NCBI GenBank assembly: GCA_038530915.1
Contig: JBCBCD010000001.1
Span: forward strand, 1-30,220
Source of the DNA: Bacteroidota bacterium
GTDB taxonomy: Bacteria > Bacteroidota > Bacteroidia > Chitinophagales > Saprospiraceae
Reading direction: 5' to 3'
Length of the DNA stretch: 30,220 nucleotides
Shown: piece after piece, positions 25,656 to 30,220 of the stretch
Position numbering within the stretch: the stretch's first letter is position 1
Layout: the number at the start of each line of letters is the position of its first letter
Program-made: the position numbers and the translations under genes
The notes under the pieces: generated by a model
Databases searched by the model: none
The model's input: only the letters and a program-made list of their open reading frames with translations
Told to the model about the DNA's origin: nothing

Positions 25656-26702
25656 TTGAACAAACAAACGCGCAACCAACACCTGCAAAACAAGATCGTT
25701 TTTTGCAGCATTAAAAGTGTGAGGGCCATGGGCGAGTTGATCAAAACAGATCCACAACGGATGTACCTGCTCGCCCAACAGCCTCAATACAAAACTTTCT
25801 CCATCCCTAAAAAAGACGGAGGCAAACGTGAAATTGAAGCTCCTAATCTGGATCTTAAAAAAGTATTGGGCAGGCTCAATCGCTACCTGCAATCTGTTTA
25901 TGTTTTTGAAAAATCCAGTGCGGTACATGGTTTCGTTACTTCGGTAAAGAATGATGCTGATCGACGCAGTGTCGTATCTAATGCTCGCAAACATCTGGGT
26001 AAATCCTACCTGCTCAATCTCGATATAAAAGATTTTTTTCATTCCATCTCTCGCGAAATGGTGCTATCCATCTTTATCAATGCACCTTTTCATTTTAAAG
26101 GAGAATTGGCAGATCTATTGGCTGATCTGACCACTTTTCAGGGAAGACTACCAATGGGAACTCCTACTTCTCCGGTACTATCCAACCTTGCTTGTCGAAC
26201 GCTAGATGAGCAACTGCTTGATTTTTGCCAGCAAATGCTTTGGTCCTATTCTCGCTATGCCGATGATATGAGTTTTTCCTCCAATCAAGTCATTACCAAT
26301 GAAAAGATGTATTCTACCATTGCGATTCTGAGAGAATGTGGCTTTGAAGTCAACAAAAAGAAAATGAAAGTATATGGCCCTGATGAAGCCAAAATAGTGA
26401 CCGGTTTATTGGTTTCTAAGGAAAAAGTAGCTTTGGCTCCAGATTTTCTGAAAATACTAAAAGATGACCTGCAAAAATTGGAAGCCATCGTCAAAGCACA
26501 ACAAGAACAAGGGCAACTGACTACCCACTGGGTAGAGCAGCACAAAAAACAAGTCAAAGGACGAATTAATTTTGCTGGTTTTGTGCTTGGAAAATCTAAT
26601 CCGGAATACATGCAACTCAAAAGTAGCTTTTATTCTGCCATTTCTCCACCACAAGAAGAGTTTGGTGCCATGAGCTGGCGAGGATTTCCCTACAACCTTT
26701 AG
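25656..26702 (+). CDS. Reverse transcriptase with retron-type signatures, adjacent to cas1 (not fused)
   Basis: IPKKDGGKREIEAP, NARKH (25980-25994), LDIKDFFHSI, LPMGTPTSPVLSN, YADD (26256-26267), VTG (26397-26405). Start uncertain: TTG 25656 preferred; TTG 25623 or ATG 25728 possible. Confidence 0.93.
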   Translation: MNKQTRNQHLQNKIVFCSIKSVRAMGELIKTDPQRMYLLAQQPQYKTFSIPKKDGGKREIEAPNLDLKKVLGRLNRYLQSVYVFEKSSAVHGFVTSVKNDADRRSVVSNARKHLGKSYLLNLDIKDFFHSISREMVLSIFINAPFHFKGELADLLADLTTFQGRLPMGTPTSPVLSNLACRTLDEQLLDFCQQMLWSYSRYADDMSFSSNQVITNEKMYSTIAILRECGFEVNKKKMKVYGPDEAKIVTGLLVSKEKVALAPDFLKILKDDLQKLEAIVKAQQEQGQLTTHWVEQHKKQVKGRINFAGFVLGKSNPEYMQLKSSFYSAISPPQEEFGAMSWRGFPYNL

Positions 26703-26703
26703 C

Positions 26704-26788
26704 GTAGGGCGAATTTTACATTCGCCTCACCCAAAAGGTAGCTTGGAATTCATTCCAACAAAAAAGGTACTGCAGAATTTATTCTGCA
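26704..26788. repeat. Cluster of three GTAG/GTAC-headed palindromes (REP-like)
   Basis: GTAG-ggcgaat-tttac-attcgcc; GTAG-c-ttggaat-tc-attccaa; GTAC-tgcagaat-tt-attctgca. Confidence 0.75.
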
Positions 26789-26901
26789 TTCAAGCAGATC
26801 CACTTACTAATTGGCTTTGAAAGCATATTACTCGACTCAAACTGACGATTCTCTATTTTTTAAATCATGCGAACGTAAAGTTGGCACTACACAACAACCC
26901 A

Positions 26902-27879
26902 ATGCAACTCGTTTTAGATACCAAAGGATTAAAAATCCAAAAGAAGAATGGCACCTTTCTTGTCATCTCCGAAAAAGGAGAACGATCTATTAGTCCGGCC
27001 AAACTCAGTAGTATTGCCATCACGGCTACTGTTGAACTCAGTACGGATGCCATATTGCTGGCTGTAGATAATCAACTGCCTATCATTTTTTTTAACCGCA
27101 TAGGAAAGCCTCAGGCCCGTCTATGGAGCCCTTATTTTTCCAGTATTTCTACCTTGCGCAGGCAACAGATCCTGTTTGCAGAAATTCCGGAAGCAACCTC
27201 CTGGATGGTCAGTCTGTTTGAAATTAAAACGGAACAACAACTGCAAACCATCAAATACCTCAAACAGAAAAATGGCCGTCTCAACATTGCGCTTACTACT
27301 GCAAGCAATGGCATCAAACGCAACGGTAGAAACCTGGACAACTATCGTGGGATGATATTAGACAAAGCTCGTCCTTCTTTGCTGGGAGTGGAGGGGAGTA
27401 TAGCACGCATCTATTGGCAGGCGGTGGGTAATGGCATTCCTCGAGTATATGGTTTTTCAGAACGTAGTCGACGCCCTGCCAAAGATATCTTCAATGCAGC
27501 ACTGAATTATTTATACGGCATGCTTTATTCTGTGGTTGAAGGTGCAATTTTTGCAGTAGGATTAGACCCACATCTGGGCATTTTTCATGTTGATGCACAC
27601 GACAAACCGACTTTGTCATTTGATCTAATTGAGCCTTTTCGACCTTGGGTGGATCTTTTATTAGTAAAACAGTGCTATGAGGGAACACTGAAGAAAAGCC
27701 AATTTACACAAAACAGATATGGCATCTTTTTAAATAAAGAAGGAAAAGCGCATTTCATACCGGTATTCAATGACTTCATGCGATCGAAACTTATTTTTTT
27801 AGACCAAGAGGCGAGTGTCAAAAACCACATACATTATCTGGCAGGCCAACTCGCACAACGCATTAGAAGCAGTTTTTAG
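26902..27879 (+). CDS. cas1: CRISPR-associated endonuclease Cas1
   Basis: LLGVEGSIARIYW (E), NAALNYLYG, LGIFH (H), SFDLIEPFR (D/E); ATG at 26902. Confidence 0.95.
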   Translation: MQLVLDTKGLKIQKKNGTFLVISEKGERSISPAKLSSIAITATVELSTDAILLAVDNQLPIIFFNRIGKPQARLWSPYFSSISTLRRQQILFAEIPEATSWMVSLFEIKTEQQLQTIKYLKQKNGRLNIALTTASNGIKRNGRNLDNYRGMILDKARPSLLGVEGSIARIYWQAVGNGIPRVYGFSERSRRPAKDIFNAALNYLYGMLYSVVEGAIFAVGLDPHLGIFHVDAHDKPTLSFDLIEPFRPWVDLLLVKQCYEGTLKKSQFTQNRYGIFLNKEGKAHFIPVFNDFMRSKLIFLDQEASVKNHIHYLAGQLAQRIRSSF

Positions 27880-28015
27880 TCATGCTGTCATGCTATTATG
27901 CTGTCATGCTGTTATGCTGTTATGCTATTATGCTATTATGCTGTTATGCTGTTATGCTGTTATGCTGTTATGCTGTCATGCTATTATGCTATTATGCTGT
28001 CATGCTCTCATGCTG
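27880..28015. repeat. Octamer tandem repeat TYATGCTR x17
   Basis: 17 contiguous 8-nt units (136 nt; one unit ends in C) starting at the first base after the cas1 stop. Confidence 0.95.
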
Positions 28016-28202
28016 TTATACTCTAATCTAACATTACTTTATCGGTCTTGTCAGGTCAGAATTTGCTTTTTCTTGAAGATTCCTTTGATGCTTAAATCAG
28101 TATTGAATCCTTTTTATCTTTTAAACAACATACGTTTCAATGATCCAAACAATAAACACAAAAGCTTTTAATCAAATCAACCAAATTGTTTTCAAACAAC
28201 CC

Positions 28203-29012
28203 ATGTACGCCAATAGGTTGCACATTAATACTTATTGGGAATTGGGGCGATACCTGTCTCTTTTATTGGCAAGAAAAGTGCTAGAATCTCCTGAGGATGT
28301 TTTCTATCTACTGGATTTGATTCCTGAATCACTAGCAAGGCATCTCAATAAGAAAAAACTACAACGATTATTGAAGCTGATCGAGTTATGGCCCAAGTCA
28401 AGCCTTTTGCACGCTACGCTTTCATGGACCCATTATTGTCAACTGATGAAACTAGAGGACAAAAAGGAAAGAGCGTTTTATACCGAACAAGCTGCCATTC
28501 ATCATTGGAGCTGTAAAGTGCTACAACGACAAATCAAATCTGACTTGTATCATCGGATCAGTAGAGTAGAGCAGATATTCAGAGACCAATATATACTGGA
28601 ATACATTCAAATTGACCCGCAATGGACCGAACAAATGCTTGAAAAAAAGTTGCTAACAAAGATTGAAAACACCTTGTTAGAATTGGGTGCTGGCTATACT
28701 TTTGTAGCTCGACAAAAACGGATAGTAGCTCCTAGCAGGAAGCCTTATTTCATCGATTTGGTCTTTTATAATGCTCATTTAAAAGCCTACGTTTTGGTAG
28801 ATCTCAAAAAGGAAGCCCTCAGCCATCGCGACCTTGGTCAAATGGATATGTACATGCGACTTTTTGATCAATTTATAAAGCACAAAGAAGCCGAGAAAAG
28901 TTATGGCTTGATCCTTTGTAAAAAAGTAGATCCCAGCCTCCAGGAATATAGTCTGCTGGCTGACTCCACCCATTTGAAAGTAGCTACTTATAGCTTTAAA
29001 CTTCCAGATTGA
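28203..29012 (+). CDS. YhcG/DUF1016-family PD-(D/E)XK nuclease-domain protein
   Basis: YWELG, LSWTHY, ERAFY, LLELGAGYTFVARQKRI, FIDLVFYN, VLVDLK, DLGQMDMY. Start ATG 28203 or 28140. Confidence 0.88.
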   Translation: MYANRLHINTYWELGRYLSLLLARKVLESPEDVFYLLDLIPESLARHLNKKKLQRLLKLIELWPKSSLLHATLSWTHYCQLMKLEDKKERAFYTEQAAIHHWSCKVLQRQIKSDLYHRISRVEQIFRDQYILEYIQIDPQWTEQMLEKKLLTKIENTLLELGAGYTFVARQKRIVAPSRKPYFIDLVFYNAHLKAYVLVDLKKEALSHRDLGQMDMYMRLFDQFIKHKEAEKSYGLILCKKVDPSLQEYSLLADSTHLKVATYSFKLPD

Positions 29013-29026
29013 GTCTAGAAACTTAG

Positions 29027-29100
29027 AGGAGGAGAAGGTTAATTTAATATACTCAACCCTAACCTTCTAACCCCCTAACCCTCTTCTAACCACATCAACC
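29027..29100. repeat. CTAACC-type short repeats with a partial inverted arm
   Basis: ttagaggaggagaaggtt ... aaccctaaccttctaaccccctaaccctcttctaacc, between the nuclease gene and cas2. Confidence 0.6.
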
Positions 29101-29120
29101 AATAAACTCATAAACCAACA

Positions 29121-29423
29121 ATGCCTTATCTAATCTGTTACGACATTTCTAAAGATTCCCTGCGTGCACGTTTGGGGAAAGAAATCCTAAAATATGGTCT
29201 GGATCGAATCAATAAATCCGTATATTTAGGATCAGCTAATAAAAGTTCTTTGACAAAATTGGAAAATTGGATAGCTCAGGAAATAGCTTCCAAAGGCGAT
29301 CCACAAGACAGCTGTATTATTATTGCTGTCGACAAAGAACAAGTACAACGCATGCGGATTTACGGGATCAGAAATTTTGACCCGGAAGAATTAAGCGGAG
29401 AGAAGAGCACTTTGATATTGTAA
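29121..29423 (+). CDS. cas2: CRISPR-associated endoribonuclease Cas2
   Basis: YLICYDIS, RINKSVYLG, DSCIII; 100 aa; directly upstream of the leader. Confidence 0.93.
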   Translation: MPYLICYDISKDSLRARLGKEILKYGLDRINKSVYLGSANKSSLTKLENWIAQEIASKGDPQDSCIIIAVDKEQVQRMRIYGIRNFDPEELSGEKSTLIL

Positions 29424-29777
29424 CTAATTAAATGCAATAAATTGTTTTATCATTATGTTAAGTAGAAAAGTATAAAATGCTACATAAAGTTATGGTTATG
29501 ATATACAAACACATGCTAACTTAGGCTAATGCCAGAAAAAGCTCATATATGAAAAAATAAATCTATTTTTTGTTTTATGTTTTTGGGTAAATTGCTGGAA
29601 ATCAGAAGGTTGTTTAATTTATATTGCAATAAGTTGTTATGTTAAAAATGCAAATTGTGAAAAAAACTTTCAAAAAAACGCTGTCGAAACAAGGTGTACA
29701 CGCAATGGTTGGGTGTAAATTGTTATGTGTAAGTTTTACAATTACAATTAATAATGAACATATTAAAATTCTTTGCG
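29424..29777 (+). promoter_or_regulatory. CRISPR leader
   Basis: 354-nt AT-rich non-coding stretch between cas2 and the first repeat. Confidence 0.75.
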
Positions 29778-30220
29778 GTATGAGTGCTGTCCATTAAGAG
29801 CGAGGACTAAGACCTGTCCCCAAATCAGTAAAGAATTCTGATGTTTCGGGTATGAGTGCTGTCCATTAAGAGCGAGGACTAAGACCATTTTTCAAGTGCT
29901 GCTATAGCATCTTGATTTCCTGTATGAGTGCTGTCCATTAAGAGCGAGGACTAAGACGAAACCTTTAACGCGAAAGTCTAATCCCAAAGAGGTATGAGTG
30001 CTGTCCATTAAGAGCGAGGACTAAGACTCTCTTCTGACTCATTGTCGTTGAGTCGGAAGACCAAGTATGAGTGCTGTCCATTAAGAGCGAGGACTAAGAC
30101 AAGCTGCGTTGAGAGCCATATAGTCCTTTCCTTCAGTATGAGTGCTGTCCATTAAGAGCGAGGACTAAGACTCTCCAAGTCAGGTAAATCAAGATTGTAC
30201 AGAACAAGTATGAGTGCTGT
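29778..30220 (+). CRISPR. CRISPR array, repeat GTATGAGTGCTGTCCATTAAGAGCGAGGACTAAGAC (36 bp), truncated by the window end
   Basis: Six identical repeats at 29778, 29850, 29922, 29992, 30065 and 30136, and a partial seventh at 30208. Six unique spacers of 36, 36, 34, 37, 35 and 36 nt. Internal GTCC/GGAC stem. Orientation inferred from the leader. Confidence 0.99.

Noticed and set aside
25588-25727. Classical retron msr-msd upstream of the RT (stems ctgcaaaa/ttttgcag and ttgcactttt/aaaagtgtga)
   Set aside because: The stems are short, probably lie inside the RT N-terminal coding region, and I could not assign a1/a2 arms or a branching G. Not excluded without covariance modelling.
25656-26702. 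Group II intron or DGR reverse transcriptase
   Set aside because: No recognisable maturase/En domain, intron domain V or TR/VR pair; the motifs are retron-like.
27880-28015. Second CRISPR or mini-array
   Set aside because: Contiguous 8-mers with no unique spacers.
27815-28171. 118-aa ORF with LLCCHAVM-type repeats
   Set aside because: It is a translation of the octamer tract, overlaps the cas1 end and has no protein-like composition.
28203-29012. cas4
   Set aside because: Lacks the four-Cys Fe-S motif and carries YhcG/DUF1016 signatures.
857-29423. Many short antisense or nested ORFs (e.g. 857-1231, 3916-4152, 21631-22080, 25638-26042, 26285-26620)
   Set aside because: They are shadows of well-supported genes with no recognisable motifs.
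29814-30207. Self-targeting spacers within the window
   Set aside because: No match found by eye; an exhaustive alignment was not possible.
1-30220. tRNA, rRNA, IS transposase or integrase
   Set aside because: No cloverleaf, rRNA signature or DDE/HUH/tyrosine-recombinase motif recognised.

Overview
AT-rich (roughly 35-40% GC by eye) Bacteroidota DNA, probably Saprospiraceae-like. This call rests on T9SS C-terminal domains, TAnnTTTG promoter elements and many intergenic 7-8-mer tandem repeats. The left two-thirds hold a DUF5916/CBM9-like outer-membrane protein, an AI-2E transporter, a HAD phosphatase, a TonB-dependent receptor, an orphan LytTR regulator and a T9SS-secreted M43-like protein whose zinc motif is destroyed. 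They also hold a lipoprotein, a 2511-aa T9SS protein with 19 Cys-framed repeats plus dockerin- and cohesin-like modules, a divergent 486-aa helical protein and an AhpD/CMD protein. The right third is the most interesting part. Two membrane SPOR-domain genes point left. Pointing right are a hypothetical gene, an ECF-like sigma factor, a second hypothetical gene, a stand-alone reverse transcriptase with retron signatures (NAxxH, YADD, VTG), cas1, a YhcG/DUF1016 PD-(D/E)XK nuclease, cas2, an AT-rich leader and a CRISPR array with a 36-bp repeat that runs off the window end. No effector, cas6 or cas4 gene is visible, so the CRISPR type cannot be fixed. All family assignments are from motif recognition by eye; no searches were run.
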